DNA of 35,131 nt from Clostridia bacterium (GCA_045652725.1 JAZRUU010000136.1:1-35131), one strand, 5' to 3'; numbered from the stretch's first letter, positions 1-10,174 are shown. The notes: a model not told the origin generated them from the sequence alone. A program made the numbers and translations.

Positions 1-95
1 ATCCGACTTCCTCTTTTTTGTACGGAGCAAAAAATTGAGATTTTTGAAAAAGTTTGAATAAACCTATAAAAACCGCATGAAAAGGGGGCAAAAGG

Positions 96-413
96 TTGGA
101 TAATAACAAAAGGCTTGAAGAATTAAAGGCCATTTTTAAAGATGTTGACGATAACATGTATAAAGTTATCAAGCCCCTGCTCCCGCAGGTTGTTTTTTTG
201 GAAAAACGGCTTGAAGAATTGCGCGAGCTGCCGCATTTGCGCATCCATCCGACAAATGCAGAGCGGCAGGAAACAACCGCAGCGGGAAAACAATACAAGG
301 AATTGCTGCAGCAATATGCAAATTGCATCAAAATCCTGCAAAGTACGCTTTACAGGCAAGGCGGCGAGGGTGATGATGCGCTGCTGAAAATGCTGGGTGA
401 TTTTATCACATGA
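96..413 (+). CDS. putative terminase small subunit (small helical protein immediately upstream of terL)
   Basis: TTG start lies 7 nt after the AAAGGGGG SD. Its stop overlaps the terL start (ATGA at 410-413). The call rests on position and size; the family is not verified. Confidence 0.55.
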   Translation: MDNNKRLEELKAIFKDVDDNMYKVIKPLLPQVVFLEKRLEELRELPHLRIHPTNAERQETTAAGKQYKELLQQYANCIKILQSTLYRQGGEGDDALLKMLGDFIT

Positions 414-2065
414 CACATCTTGAGAAATATTGGCAAATGATATGCGCGGGCGAGGTTGTTGTTGGTTATTATCTGCGAAAGCAAATAAAAAACCTGATTG
501 CAGACTTGAAAAACCCCGCGTATATTTACGATACAACCGAGGCAGACAGGCGCATTAAATTTATGCAAACTCTTTGCTTGCAGAGCAAAGAGCCTTTTTA
601 TATGAAGCCTGTGCAGCTCATGCCGTGGCAGCTTGCATTTTGGGAGGTTGTTTATTCTTTCAAAATGGCCGATACAGGGCTGCGGCGTTTCTCTGAGGTA
701 TTGCTTGAGGTTGCCCGAAAAAACGGCAAAAGCACGATGTTTGCAGCCGATGGCAATGCTGATTTGTTTATCGGGCAAGGCGGCGCTGATATTTGTTGTT
801 TGTCAAATGATGATAGACAGGCAAAATTGATTTTTAACGAAATCGCAGGCATGCGCTCCCGCCTTGATCCAAAGAAAAAAATAACAAATGTAACCCTCAC
901 AGAACTCAAAAACCATTTGCGCAGCATAACAGTTTTCAGATTGGCCGCAACGGTGCGAAATCTTGACGGCTTCAACCTTTCAAAATGTTATTGCGATGAA
1001 TCCCATGAGCTGCCCGATGGTGCTGAGCTTGTCGATGCTGCATGGCGTGCGATGAGTGCAAAGGATGAGCCGCTGTTTTTGAATTGCACAACAAACGGCT
1101 ACAACCGCGGCGGATATCTTGACGGCCGCATTGATTATGCGAAAAAGATAATTGACGGCGAAATTGAAAACCCCCGTTTTCTTGCTTTTCTTTATGAGCA
1201 GGATAATGAGCTTGAGGTTTGGCAAGACGAAAGCAGCTGGGAAAAATCAAACCCCTCTTTGCGGTACGGTGTTAAAAAGATTGCAAAGCTGCGCGCCGAT
1301 GTTGAAGAAGCAAAAACAGACAAACACAAGCGCGTTAAATTGCTTGTAAAAGATTTTAACATTCCTGTTGGCAATTCAGAGGCTTGGCTTATGTCAACAG
1401 ATTATGTTTATACACAGGAAATCCACAGCCTTGACGATTTCCGCGGCTGTATAGCTCTTGCGGCTGTTGACTTATCGGCAACAACGGACTTGACAAACGC
1501 AAAAATTATGCTCATGCGCGCGGGCGATCCCGTGAAATATGTTTTTTCGCATTATTGGATTCCGCGTGAAAAGCTCAGCCGCTCCGATGATAGAACGGCA
1601 GGGGCTGAATATCGCGAATGGGCGCGCAAGGGTTTAATCACGATTCATGATGAGCCTGAGAACGATGCGGCCACAGTTGCCCGCTGGCTTGCTGAATTAA
1701 AGCGCAGCCATAATATCAGGATTTTCAAATGCGGCTATGACCAATGGGGCAGCAAGGATTTTATTAACTCAATGGATAATTTCGGCATTGAGTGCGAGAA
1801 AATCGAGCAGAATGAGAAGGGCATGAGCAATGCAATGAAGCTGCTTGAGGGCGATTTGAAATCGCGGCGCGTAAATTACGGCAGCAATGCCGTTGATGAA
1901 TGGTGTTTCGGAAATTGCGCTGTTAAGGTTAGCGATGCGGGCGGATATATGCCGATAAAAATCGGCGGCCAAAAATCCCGCCGCATTGATGGCGCTGTTA
2001 CATGCGTGATTTTGTGGGAAACATTCCGCCGTTTCAAGTCTGAATACATGAATTATATTAAATAA
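410..2065 (+). CDS. terL: terminase large subunit (Terminase_1-like)
   Basis: 551 aa. Walker A-like ARKNGKST, a Walker B-like CDESHE stretch, and a C-terminal nuclease-type region. It sits in the canonical position before the portal gene. Confidence 0.93.
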   Translation: MTHLEKYWQMICAGEVVVGYYLRKQIKNLIADLKNPAYIYDTTEADRRIKFMQTLCLQSKEPFYMKPVQLMPWQLAFWEVVYSFKMADTGLRRFSEVLLEVARKNGKSTMFAADGNADLFIGQGGADICCLSNDDRQAKLIFNEIAGMRSRLDPKKKITNVTLTELKNHLRSITVFRLAATVRNLDGFNLSKCYCDESHELPDGAELVDAAWRAMSAKDEPLFLNCTTNGYNRGGYLDGRIDYAKKIIDGEIENPRFLAFLYEQDNELEVWQDESSWEKSNPSLRYGVKKIAKLRADVEEAKTDKHKRVKLLVKDFNIPVGNSEAWLMSTDYVYTQEIHSLDDFRGCIALAAVDLSATTDLTNAKIMLMRAGDPVKYVFSHYWIPREKLSRSDDRTAGAEYREWARKGLITIHDEPENDAATVARWLAELKRSHNIRIFKCGYDQWGSKDFINSMDNFGIECEKIEQNEKGMSNAMKLLEGDLKSRRVNYGSNAVDEWCFGNCAVKVSDAGGYMPIKIGGQKSRRIDGAVTCVILWETFRRFKSEYMNYIK

Positions 2066-2083
2066 TTACATAGGAGGCATTAA

Positions 2084-3265
2084 ATGGGGCTTTTTGATTT
2101 CTTTAAAAAACCGCCCAAACGGAGCGGCACAGGCTATGCGCCGACAATGACGGGCGCAACCCCGTATTTTTCCGATTTTGGCGCAGATATTTACGCCAGC
2201 GATATTGTTATGCAGGCAATAAGCCGCTCAGCAACCGAATTCAAGAAGCTGCAGCCGCGGCATATTAAAACGGTTGACGGTCTGCAAAGCGTGATAACAG
2301 ACAGCAGCATTGCAAGAGTGCTGCGCCGCCCGAATCCTTTAATGTCACAGGCCGATTTCCTTGAAAAAATCCGCATTTTGCTGGAACTCAACAAGAATGT
2401 TTTTATATATCCTGAGTCGTATATATCAAAAGGCAACGAGAAAATTATAACAGCGCTCTGGCCGCTGAAACCTTCCGCCGTTTCGGTGAAGGTTGATGCG
2501 ATTGGGCGTTATTTTTATGCCCTTGAGTTTGCGAACGGCTATGCAACAGAGCTGCCGATTGAGCATGTTATCCATTGGCGTAAAGATTTCTATGATGATT
2601 ATTTCGGCGGCCGTGACAGCATCGGCGGGGAGCGCGGTCTGCTCAAGATGCTGCGCGAATATGACAAACTTGTGCAGAGTATTGCAAAGGCTGCGGGCTG
2701 CTCTTGTACGGTCAACGGCATTGTGCAGAGTAATTCATATATGAGTGATGATGAACAGGAGGCAAAGCAGCAGGATTTTGTTAATCGCCTGCATAACAAT
2801 GAGAGCGGCATCCTTTTCACGGATCAGAAAATAACATATACATCAATCAGTCGCGATATAAAAATTGTTGATCCCGAAACGCTCAAATTCTTTCATGAGT
2901 GCATCATGCGCGCATCGGGTTGCAGCTTGCCGATTCTCAACGGCACATATACCAAAGATGAAAAAGAAGCATATTATGAAAGTTTTCTTGAGGCTGATAT
3001 TAAAGCGCTGGGGCAGGTTATCAGCAATTTTGCATTTTCCGAAAAATCAACAGCGCACGGAAATGAAATTGTGTTATATCCCAACAGCATTGAATTTATG
3101 AGCATGGATAACAAGCTAACAGCATTGGCCACAGGCTTGCCTGCGGGAATATTCACGAAAAACGAAGCGCGCGCGCTGATTGGATATCCGCCTATTGAGG
3201 GCGGTGATGTAATGCCGCGCGGTTACAATGAAATTGACGAAGGAGGGCAAAACAATGCCGAATAG
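2084..3265 (+). CDS. portal protein, HK97 family
   Basis: 393 aa, SD AGGAGG, follows terL. The sequence pattern is typical of HK97-type portals. Confidence 0.88.
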   Translation: MGLFDFFKKPPKRSGTGYAPTMTGATPYFSDFGADIYASDIVMQAISRSATEFKKLQPRHIKTVDGLQSVITDSSIARVLRRPNPLMSQADFLEKIRILLELNKNVFIYPESYISKGNEKIITALWPLKPSAVSVKVDAIGRYFYALEFANGYATELPIEHVIHWRKDFYDDYFGGRDSIGGERGLLKMLREYDKLVQSIAKAAGCSCTVNGIVQSNSYMSDDEQEAKQQDFVNRLHNNESGILFTDQKITYTSISRDIKIVDPETLKFFHECIMRASGCSLPILNGTYTKDEKEAYYESFLEADIKALGQVISNFAFSEKSTAHGNEIVLYPNSIEFMSMDNKLTALATGLPAGIFTKNEARALIGYPPIEGGDVMPRGYNEIDEGGQNNAE

Positions 3266-3923
3266 AGATGCTTATTTTCATCGCGGATTTTCCGCGGAAA
3301 TGAGAGCCGCGGGAAATGATACCGCAGGCTCAGGACACATAATTGAAGGCCTTGCTGCTGTATGCGATAGAGAAACAAGAATTGCAACAGGCTTCGGCGA
3401 ATGGATTGAGGTTATCCGCGGCGGTGCTTTTGATGCGACAGATTTTGACGATGTGCGCCTGCTTGTTAATCATGATTTTAACGGCATCGCGCTGGCACGC
3501 TCCCGCCGAAACAACAAGAGCGACAAGCCGAACACAATGCAGCTTGTTGCCGATAAAAACGGCGTGAGAATTAAGGCAGACCTTGACACGGAAAACAATG
3601 AGCAGGCGCGCGCCCTGTATTCCGCGATTGAGCGCGGTGATATGGATGGGATGAGCTTCTGCTTTTTTGTATCAGAAGAAAATCAGGAATGGGAAAAGAA
3701 AAACGGCGAGCTTTACCGCTATATCAATAAAGTTGATAGCGTGATTGAGGTTAGCGTTGTAAATTTCCCCGCTTACCCGCAAACGGAAATTGATGCGAGA
3801 TCGCTGGAGAGTGATAAGCTGCAGCTGGAGAGCTGCCGCAGGGCGCTGGAGAGCGTTCAGAAAACACCCCTTGACAATAAAACAAAAATTTTATGCAAAC
3901 AGTATGGAGGTACTAAATCATGA
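3255..3923 (+). CDS. prohead maturation protease, HK97 family (S78-like)
   Basis: ATG at 3255 follows GAAGGAGGG. Motifs LLVNHDFNGIALARS and GMSFCF are typical of HK97 prohead proteases. It lies between portal and capsid. Confidence 0.85.
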   Translation: MPNRDAYFHRGFSAEMRAAGNDTAGSGHIIEGLAAVCDRETRIATGFGEWIEVIRGGAFDATDFDDVRLLVNHDFNGIALARSRRNNKSDKPNTMQLVADKNGVRIKADLDTENNEQARALYSAIERGDMDGMSFCFFVSEENQEWEKKNGELYRYINKVDSVIEVSVVNFPAYPQTEIDARSLESDKLQLESCRRALESVQKTPLDNKTKILCKQYGGTKS

Positions 3924-5185
3924 AAAAAAGACTTCTCAAGATGCTTAAAGCAAAGCAGGAGCAGCGCGACAATCTTAACGCTGCAATGATTGAAGCAGAA
4001 ACCCGCGAAGAGCGCGCCGAAATCGGTGCAACCCTCAGCGCGCTTGCTGAGGAAATCAGAGAGATTGAGGATATGCTTGCGCAGGTTGATGAGCCTGCAG
4101 GTGACGGCGAAGGCGAAGGCCGCACAGCTGGCGATCAGGGCGGTGCAGAAGGCGAAGGCGAAGGCCGCGGCCTTAATGTTATCGCAGCGATGCAGATGCG
4201 TGGCGCAGGCGCTCAGGGCGCTCAGGAAGTTGATCCCCGTGACACAACCGAATACCGTAACGCTTTCATGGAATTTATGTGCCGCGGCACAAAGATTCCC
4301 GCAGAACTGAGAGCAACCACAACCACAGCCGATGGCGCTGCTGTAATTCCTACATCAACGCTCAATGAAATCATCAAAGAGCTTAAGGCTTACGGCGAAA
4401 TCTTCAACAAGGTGCGCCGCCTCAACATTCAGGGCGGTGTTGAAGTGCCTATTCTTTCGCTCATTCCCGAAGCCACATGGATTGGCGAATCAACAGGCAG
4501 CACAGCGCACAAGCTTGAGGCAAATAATACCGTTTCATTCAAATATTTCGGCGTTGAGTGCAAAATTGCTCAGACACTTCTTGCATCCGTTACCACATAT
4601 GCAGCTTTTCAGGCTCTTTTTGTGCCTCTTGCAGTTGAGGCCGTTATCAAGGCCGTTGAAATCGCATTTGTTGCAGGTGATGGCAACAACAAGCCCCTCG
4701 GCGTTACAGTTGATAGCCGCGTGCCTGCTGCCAATATCGTAACCCTCACAGCTGCAGAATTTGCAAGCTGGGGCGGCTGGAAAAAGAAGATTTTTGCGAA
4801 GATGAAAAAATCATATCGCAAGGGTGAGTTTGTCATGGCGCAGGGTACTTTTGACGGCTACATTGACGGCATGGAAGATAAGAACGGCCAGCCCATCGGC
4901 CGCGTAAATTACGGCATTGATGGCGGTGAAACTTATCGTTTCGGCGGCAAGAATGTTATGACCGTTGAGGATGATATCATTGCACCCTATGATGTTGCAG
5001 CTGAGGGCGATATCGTTGCTGTATTTGTCGATTGGAGCAAGTACGCAATGAACACCAATCTTGAGCTTAAAACCGTTAAGTGGGAAGATCATGACACAAA
5101 CGAAATCAAAAACAAGGTTATCCTTGTTTGCGATGGCAAGCTTCTTGATCCTCACGGCGTTATCATCATCAAGAAGGGCGCATAA
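3920..5185 (+). CDS. major capsid protein, HK97 family, with N-terminal coiled-coil delta/scaffold domain
   Basis: 421 aa with an ATGA overlap with the protease. It has an N-terminal charged coiled coil and a low-complexity GEGEGR x2 insert, followed by an HK97-fold-like body. Confidence 0.9.
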   Translation: MKKRLLKMLKAKQEQRDNLNAAMIEAETREERAEIGATLSALAEEIREIEDMLAQVDEPAGDGEGEGRTAGDQGGAEGEGEGRGLNVIAAMQMRGAGAQGAQEVDPRDTTEYRNAFMEFMCRGTKIPAELRATTTTADGAAVIPTSTLNEIIKELKAYGEIFNKVRRLNIQGGVEVPILSLIPEATWIGESTGSTAHKLEANNTVSFKYFGVECKIAQTLLASVTTYAAFQALFVPLAVEAVIKAVEIAFVAGDGNNKPLGVTVDSRVPAANIVTLTAAEFASWGGWKKKIFAKMKKSYRKGEFVMAQGTFDGYIDGMEDKNGQPIGRVNYGIDGGETYRFGGKNVMTVEDDIIAPYDVAAEGDIVAVFVDWSKYAMNTNLELKTVKWEDHDTNEIKNKVILVCDGKLLDPHGVIIIKKGA

Positions 5186-5197
5186 TTCAATCTACAA

Positions 5198-5226
5198 CCC
5201 CGCGGCGCTGTTTCTGCCCCGCGGGG
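5198..5226 (+). terminator. GC hairpin after the capsid gene (attenuator/partial terminator)
   Basis: CCCCGCGG (5198-5205) pairs with CCGCGGGG (5219-5226), followed by CTTTCT. This is a common capsid-overexpression arrangement. Confidence 0.45.
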
Positions 5227-5244
5227 CTTTCTGAGGTGATTTAA

Positions 5245-5547
5245 ATGACGGCTGAACAGCTTTTTGAAATTGTTAAACCGAATGTTAATGGCGTAACCCC
5301 GCAAAGCAATTTTTATGATGCAAAAATCAAATTTTGCATTAATGAGGTTTTGAGCTTCATGCAGGGCGCTGGCGTGCCTGAGAGTGAAATCACAGAAACA
5401 ACAGCGGGCGTTGTTATAATCGGCGTTAATGATTTGTTTGACCTTCCCAGCGGCGTTGTTAAATTTTCGCCCTATTTCCTGCAGCGCGTTTCACAGCTTG
5501 AGGCAATAGCCTCCCGAAAGAAAAAGGAGGCTGCCGCAAATGTTTAA
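5245..5547 (+). CDS. head-tail connector (gp6-like) protein
   Basis: 100 aa, first gene after the capsid. The call rests on size and position. Confidence 0.55.
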   Translation: MTAEQLFEIVKPNVNGVTPQSNFYDAKIKFCINEVLSFMQGAGVPESEITETTAGVVIIGVNDLFDLPSGVVKFSPYFLQRVSQLEAIASRKKKEAAANV

Positions 5548-5887
5548 ACCCGCAAAGGCCGCAGAAATGCGCACAGTTGTGCAGCTGCGCATCGTTGCAA
5601 GTGAAAAAGTTGAACGCGGGCGCGTGCAGCGCACTTATGCCGATTCATTTATTTTCCCTTGCAATTTCTCATCGCATGGCGGCACAGAGAGCGTTGTTAA
5701 CGGCCTGCTTGTGATTGACGAAACGGCAACAATCACCTGCCGTTATTTCCCCGAAATCGCCGCAAATTGCCGCCTCAAGCTGGTCCAAAGCGGTGCAGAA
5801 TATGAAATTATCAGCGAGCCCGAAAATGTCGAAATGCGCAACCAATGGCTTATTTTTAAGGTGCGCCGAATCAAAGGCGGTGCATGA
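5540..5887 (+). CDS. head closure / head-tail adaptor protein
   Basis: 115 aa, overlaps the previous gene by 8 nt. The sequence pattern resembles the head closure family. Confidence 0.6.
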   Translation: MFKPAKAAEMRTVVQLRIVASEKVERGRVQRTYADSFIFPCNFSSHGGTESVVNGLLVIDETATITCRYFPEIAANCRLKLVQSGAEYEIISEPENVEMRNQWLIFKVRRIKGGA

Positions 5888-5888
5888 C

Positions 5889-6344
5889 ATGGCGCGCAAA
5901 TCTATTCTGCAAATCAGCGGCTTTGATGAAATGCTGAAAAAAATTGAAGCATCAAGCGCCGCCGCTGAAAAAATCGCAAAGAAAACGGCGCAGGATTGCG
6001 GCGAAATTCTCAAAACCGAAATTGTCAAGCAGGCGAAAAGCGCAGGGCTGCCCGATAATCTTGTAAATCAGATCAGCGAAGATTTTGAGGCAGAGCGCTC
6101 GGGAAAATTCCGTTATTTAGTCGGCTGGCAAAAAGAGGAACACAAGCGCGGCGAGCCTTTAACCGACAGCGAGAAGGTTATTGTTGCGAACTATGGAACG
6201 CCTGAGCGTTTCACAGCATCAGGCGCATCGCGCGGCAAAATCAAAAAATTAAATTTCTTAAAAAAAGCAAAGGCAAAAGCAAAGCCTGTTATCAAGAAAA
6301 GAATTGAGCAGGGTTATGCGGAGCTGAGCAAGGAGCTTGAATGA
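5889..6344 (+). CDS. HK97 gp10-like tail/neck component
   Basis: ATG at 5889 comes right after the previous TGA. The upstream SD, AAAGGCGG, is embedded in the previous gene's last codons. The ANYGTPER...LNFLKKA region resembles the gp10 family. The 5715 start in the ORF track lies inside the previous gene. Confidence 0.6.
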   Translation: MARKSILQISGFDEMLKKIEASSAAAEKIAKKTAQDCGEILKTEIVKQAKSAGLPDNLVNQISEDFEAERSGKFRYLVGWQKEEHKRGEPLTDSEKVIVANYGTPERFTASGASRGKIKKLNFLKKAKAKAKPVIKKRIEQGYAELSKELE

Positions 6345-6694
6345 TGATTGTTGATAAACTTTTGAATGCCCTGCAATCCTTTTGCAACGGGAATATTTTT
6401 GAGCAGGGAACGCTTGCAGAAAGCGAAGGCTATCCCGAAAGTTTTATTACATATTCTTTCGCCTCTGATAGCTGCAATTATCTTGATAATGAAGAAATAA
6501 GCAGCCTTTGGAGCGGCGCGGTTATTTTTTACAGCTCCGATTATAAAGAAATTGAAACACAGCTCCCTGCTATTCGCAAAGCGCTCAAAGCAGAGGGCTT
6601 TATCATTAAGGGCAAGGGCGCGCCCGTTCCCAGCCCCCGCCCCTCACATGACGGCTGGGCGCTGGATTTTGAACTTATTGAAATGGAGGCATAA
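6341..6694 (+). CDS. putative tail completion/terminator protein
   Basis: 117 aa with an ATGA overlap; it is the gene directly before the major tail protein. Confidence 0.45.
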   Translation: MMIVDKLLNALQSFCNGNIFEQGTLAESEGYPESFITYSFASDSCNYLDNEEISSLWSGAVIFYSSDYKEIETQLPAIRKALKAEGFIIKGKGAPVPSPRPSHDGWALDFELIEMEA

Positions 6695-6697
6695 ACA

Positions 6698-7342
6698 ATG
6701 GATGCTAAAGATTTAAGATTTCGCAGAGGCCTTGCAAATGTTGTTATTGCTGAGGTAACAGAGGACACGCCCGAAAAGTTTACAACGGGCGATGTTGAAT
6801 CGCTTTTTGCTGCAGCTGAAATGACCGTTACCGCAACGCAGGACAAAGTTGTTGTTTGGCTTGATAACAAGCCTGTTGCGACAATGGGCAGAGAAGCAAA
6901 CAGCGAGATCAGCGTGAGCGGCTCGGCAATTAAGGATGCAATGCAGGCAAAGCTTTTCGGCAAAACTGTTGACGAAGCCACAGGCGTTATTATTGACAGC
7001 GGCGATTTCGTTGAAAAATATTACGCTTTCGGTGCAGAGGTTGGCAATTACAACGGCAAGCCTTCATATGTGTGGTTTTTGAAAACTACTCTGTCAATTC
7101 CCGATGAGGCAAACAAGACGGAAGATGAAAGTACCGATTGGAACGGCTCAAGCATTACCGTAACGGCGCAGAAAACTGTTCACGAATTTAAAGCAACAGG
7201 CAAATCCTGCAAGCGCATGGTTTTCGATCCCGAAATCAGCGAACTTGCTACGGAGGCTGATTGGTTTAAGCAGGTTGTAACACCTGATAATGTTGGAACG
7301 GTTGCAAAGAAAAAGGCTGCGGCGGGAACAACAACAACCTAA
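6698..7342 (+). CDS. major tail protein (phi13-like)
   Basis: 214 aa. The N-terminal GLANVVIAEVTEDTPEKFTTG pattern is typical of phi13-family tail tube proteins. It sits before the chaperones and tape measure. Confidence 0.75.
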   Translation: MDAKDLRFRRGLANVVIAEVTEDTPEKFTTGDVESLFAAAEMTVTATQDKVVVWLDNKPVATMGREANSEISVSGSAIKDAMQAKLFGKTVDEATGVIIDSGDFVEKYYAFGAEVGNYNGKPSYVWFLKTTLSIPDEANKTEDESTDWNGSSITVTAQKTVHEFKATGKSCKRMVFDPEISELATEADWFKQVVTPDNVGTVAKKKAAAGTTTT

Positions 7343-7371
7343 AGAAATAAGGCAAAAAGGAGCTTATCACA

Positions 7372-7662
7372 ATGGCAAAATATGAACTTGCAATATATAA
7401 AGGCCAGCAGGTAGAAAAGACCTACACGGCCAATTTCTGCCCGTGGGGGCTGTATGTCGAGGCTGTTGATGTGCAGGATCACCTTAACAAAATGACGGGC
7501 AAGGAAATCGTTAAATCACTTGAGGGCATCATGCTTGCTCTTTTTGACGGCCTCACAAGTGAGGAAATGCAGAGGACAGACGGCGCGGCCGTGATGAGCC
7601 TCTTTTTGCAGATTGTGCAGGGTGATGCAGGAAACGGCAGCAAGGCCATAAAAAACGCATAA
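7372..7662 (+). CDS. tail assembly chaperone (G-like)
   Basis: 96 aa, between the tail tube and tape measure genes. It ends just after the slippery site. Confidence 0.75.
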   Translation: MAKYELAIYKGQQVEKTYTANFCPWGLYVEAVDVQDHLNKMTGKEIVKSLEGIMLALFDGLTSEEMQRTDGAAVMSLFLQIVQGDAGNGSKAIKNA

Positions 7663-7913
7663 AGGCTGCGGGGGATGCCTCGCAGCCTTTGAGCATATAT
7701 GCTGAATTGCTGGAGCTTACTGTTTCGGTTGCAAAGCTTTTTGATTTATCGATTTTTGATGTTTTCAAGCAGGAAAAAACTCAGGTGCTTATGCTTGTTG
7801 ATTATTTGCTGTTACAAGTTGAAAACAAGGCGGCGCAACCGCCTGCACCCTACAACCCGCCGCAGGTTGAAAATGCGGGCGGGTATTCAGATTCGATATG
7901 GAATTATTTATAA
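7372..7913 (+). CDS. tail assembly chaperone G-T fusion produced by -1 programmed frameshift at 7650-7656
   Basis: The -1 frame is open from 7626 to 7913. The slippery heptamer A AAA AAC lies in the zero frame 2 codons before the stop. Confidence 0.6.
7650..7690 (+). promoter_or_regulatory. -1 programmed ribosomal frameshift signal (slippery heptamer + stem-loop)
   Basis: A_AAA_AAC at 7650-7656, then a 4-nt spacer, then a 10-bp stem (7661-7670 with 7681-7690, core GGCTGCG/CGCAGCC) with a 10-nt loop. Confidence 0.65.
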
Positions 7914-7928
7914 AAGCGTGGTGAGCTT

Positions 7929-10172
7929 ATGGCAGACAATTTCGGCGCTGGCTTTAGTATTGACATAAGCAATTTAAAGGCAGGCCTTGCGGCTGCTAAT
8001 AAATTAATTCGCGAAAGCGAGGCGCAATTTAAAGCCGCCGCTGCTGGTATGGATGATTGGAGCAAATCACAGGAAGGCCTTGAAAAGCGCGTTGACAGTT
8101 TGAATAAAATCGTTGATGTGCAGGCCGAAAAGGTGAACGCGCTCCAGCGTGAAAAAGAGCGCATTATTTCAACAATGCAGGCAGAGGGCAAAAGCCATGA
8201 AGAAATTGCCCGCGCTGTTGATGATGTAAACGGCAAAATTATCAAAGAGAGCAATGCCCTTGAAAAGCACAAGGCTGCATTTGAAAAGGCGCAAAAGGCT
8301 CTTGGTGATTTTAATGCTGAGCAGGAAGATGCCGCAGGCGCGGCAAACAAGGCCGAGGGCGAGCTTGAGGATTTGACCGATGCGGCCAAAGATTCAGGCG
8401 ATGGCTTCACGGTTGCAAAGGGCGCAATTTCAAATTTTATCGCTGATGGCCTTTCTTCTTTAGTGTCAAAAATCGGCGAAACAATCGGCTCGATTGCTGG
8501 CCTTGCCGATGAAACCCGCGAATATCGCAACGAAATGGCGAAGCTTGATACAAGTTTCGAAACCGCTGGGCTTTCTGCTGAGGCTGCGCAGGGAACTTTT
8601 AAAGACTTGTACGGCATCATGGGTGATGAAGGCGCGGCCACAGAGGCAGCGCAGCAGCTGGCGAAAATTTCGGCTAACGAAAAGGAGCTTGATGCGAACA
8701 CCCGAATATTAACAGGCGTATTTGCTGAGTACGGCAACAGCATTCCGCTGGAAGGACTTGCCGAGGGTATTGCTGCCACATCCGCAATGGGAAGCGTGCA
8801 GGGCGTGCTTGCCGATGCTCTTGAATGGCAGGGCATCAACCTTGATGATTACAACGAAAAGCTCGGCAAGATGTCAACAGAGGAAGAGCGTTCCGCCTAT
8901 ATTCAGGAAACCCTCACGAAATTATATGGCAAATCGGCCGATAAATTCCGCGAGAATAACGAAAGCGTTATTGCGGCCAATGAAGCGCAGGCCGATTATA
9001 ATGCAACGGTTGCAGAGGCGGGCGAAAAAATTGAGCCGATAACAACGAAAATCAAAGAAGGCTTTAACAACATACTGCAAAGCGTTCTTGATATGACAGA
9101 CGGCATTGACACGGAAAAAATTGCGGGCAAGATTGAGGGGGCATTTAAAACCTTTAAAGAGGATATTATGCCTAAGATTCAGGAAGGCCTCCAATGGATC
9201 AAAGACAACAAGGATATTATTATCGCTGGAATTACAGGCATCGGCACAGCTTTCGGCGTATTTAAGGCGGCCAGCCTTGTTAATACAGCTGTTGGAGCGT
9301 TTAAGGCGTTTAAGACAGCAAACGAAGGCGCAACGATAGCACAATGGGCGATGAATGCAGCAATGAACGCAAACCCGATAACGCTGATTGTCACCCTTGT
9401 TGCTGGCCTTGTTGCGGCGCTTGTCACTTTCATCGCCACAAACGAGGATGCGCGCGCAAAAATCGTTGAAATGTGGGAAAAGGTCAAAGCGGCCTTTGCA
9501 TCATTCGGCGAAAAAGTGGGCGAAATTTTCGGCAAGGTGAAAAATTATTTTTCAGGCTTGGGCGATAAAGCTGCTGAGATTTGGGCGAATATCAAAAACG
9601 GTGCGCGCGATGCTTGGGAAGGCATCAAAAACACCTTTTCAAAAGTTGCATCGTTTTTCGGCGATAAATTCGGCGCAGCTTGGGATAAAGTCAAATCTAT
9701 TTTCTCAACAGGCGGCAAAATTTTTGACGGCATAAAAGAAGGCATTGCCTCAGCATTTACATCAATCGTGAATGCAATTATCCGCGGAATTAACAAGGTT
9801 GTTGCTGTTCCGTTTAACGCTATTAATGGCGCGCTCGATGGAATCCGTGATATAAGCATTGCGGGCGTTTCGCCCTTCACATGGCTGCCGTCAATCAGCG
9901 TTCCGAAAATTCCCGAACTTGCAGAGGGCGGCATTTTGACAAAGGCAACCCATGTTATTGCGGGCGAAGCGGGAACGGAGGCCGTGCTGCCTCTTGAACG
10001 CAATACGGGCTGGATGGATATGCTTGCCGACAGGCTCGCAAGCAAAATGCCGAAATCCGCGCCCGTTGTAAATCAGTATAATACTTTTTCGCAAGCTCAT
10101 TCTCATTATGAGCTTTATAAAGCAAAGCAGCAAACCGCTGCTGCGGTACGGCTGGCAATGAAGGGGGCATAA
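7929..10172 (+). CDS. tape measure protein
   Basis: 747 aa, Ala/Gly/coiled-coil rich, with central hydrophobic segments. It directly follows the chaperones. Confidence 0.9.
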   Translation: MADNFGAGFSIDISNLKAGLAAANKLIRESEAQFKAAAAGMDDWSKSQEGLEKRVDSLNKIVDVQAEKVNALQREKERIISTMQAEGKSHEEIARAVDDVNGKIIKESNALEKHKAAFEKAQKALGDFNAEQEDAAGAANKAEGELEDLTDAAKDSGDGFTVAKGAISNFIADGLSSLVSKIGETIGSIAGLADETREYRNEMAKLDTSFETAGLSAEAAQGTFKDLYGIMGDEGAATEAAQQLAKISANEKELDANTRILTGVFAEYGNSIPLEGLAEGIAATSAMGSVQGVLADALEWQGINLDDYNEKLGKMSTEEERSAYIQETLTKLYGKSADKFRENNESVIAANEAQADYNATVAEAGEKIEPITTKIKEGFNNILQSVLDMTDGIDTEKIAGKIEGAFKTFKEDIMPKIQEGLQWIKDNKDIIIAGITGIGTAFGVFKAASLVNTAVGAFKAFKTANEGATIAQWAMNAAMNANPITLIVTLVAGLVAALVTFIATNEDARAKIVEMWEKVKAAFASFGEKVGEIFGKVKNYFSGLGDKAAEIWANIKNGARDAWEGIKNTFSKVASFFGDKFGAAWDKVKSIFSTGGKIFDGIKEGIASAFTSIVNAIIRGINKVVAVPFNAINGALDGIRDISIAGVSPFTWLPSISVPKIPELAEGGILTKATHVIAGEAGTEAVLPLERNTGWMDMLADRLASKMPKSAPVVNQYNTFSQAHSHYELYKAKQQTAAAVRLAMKGA

Positions 10173-10174
10173 TT

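Noticed and set aside
4100-4170. Direct DNA repeat GAAGGCGAAGGCGAAGGCCGC x2 in the capsid gene
   Set aside because: It is in-frame low-complexity (GEGEGR) within the dispensable N-terminal delta/scaffold domain, so it is not an independent element.
7904-8839. 311-aa minus-strand ORF antisense to the tape measure gene (similar ones at 8922-9344, 9179-9535, 9545-10045 and 9955-10494)
   Set aside because: The sequence is Ser/Ala/Pro-rich low complexity, typical of shadow frames of GC/Ala-rich coiled-coil genes. There is no SD, and the ORF lies entirely inside a confident + strand gene.
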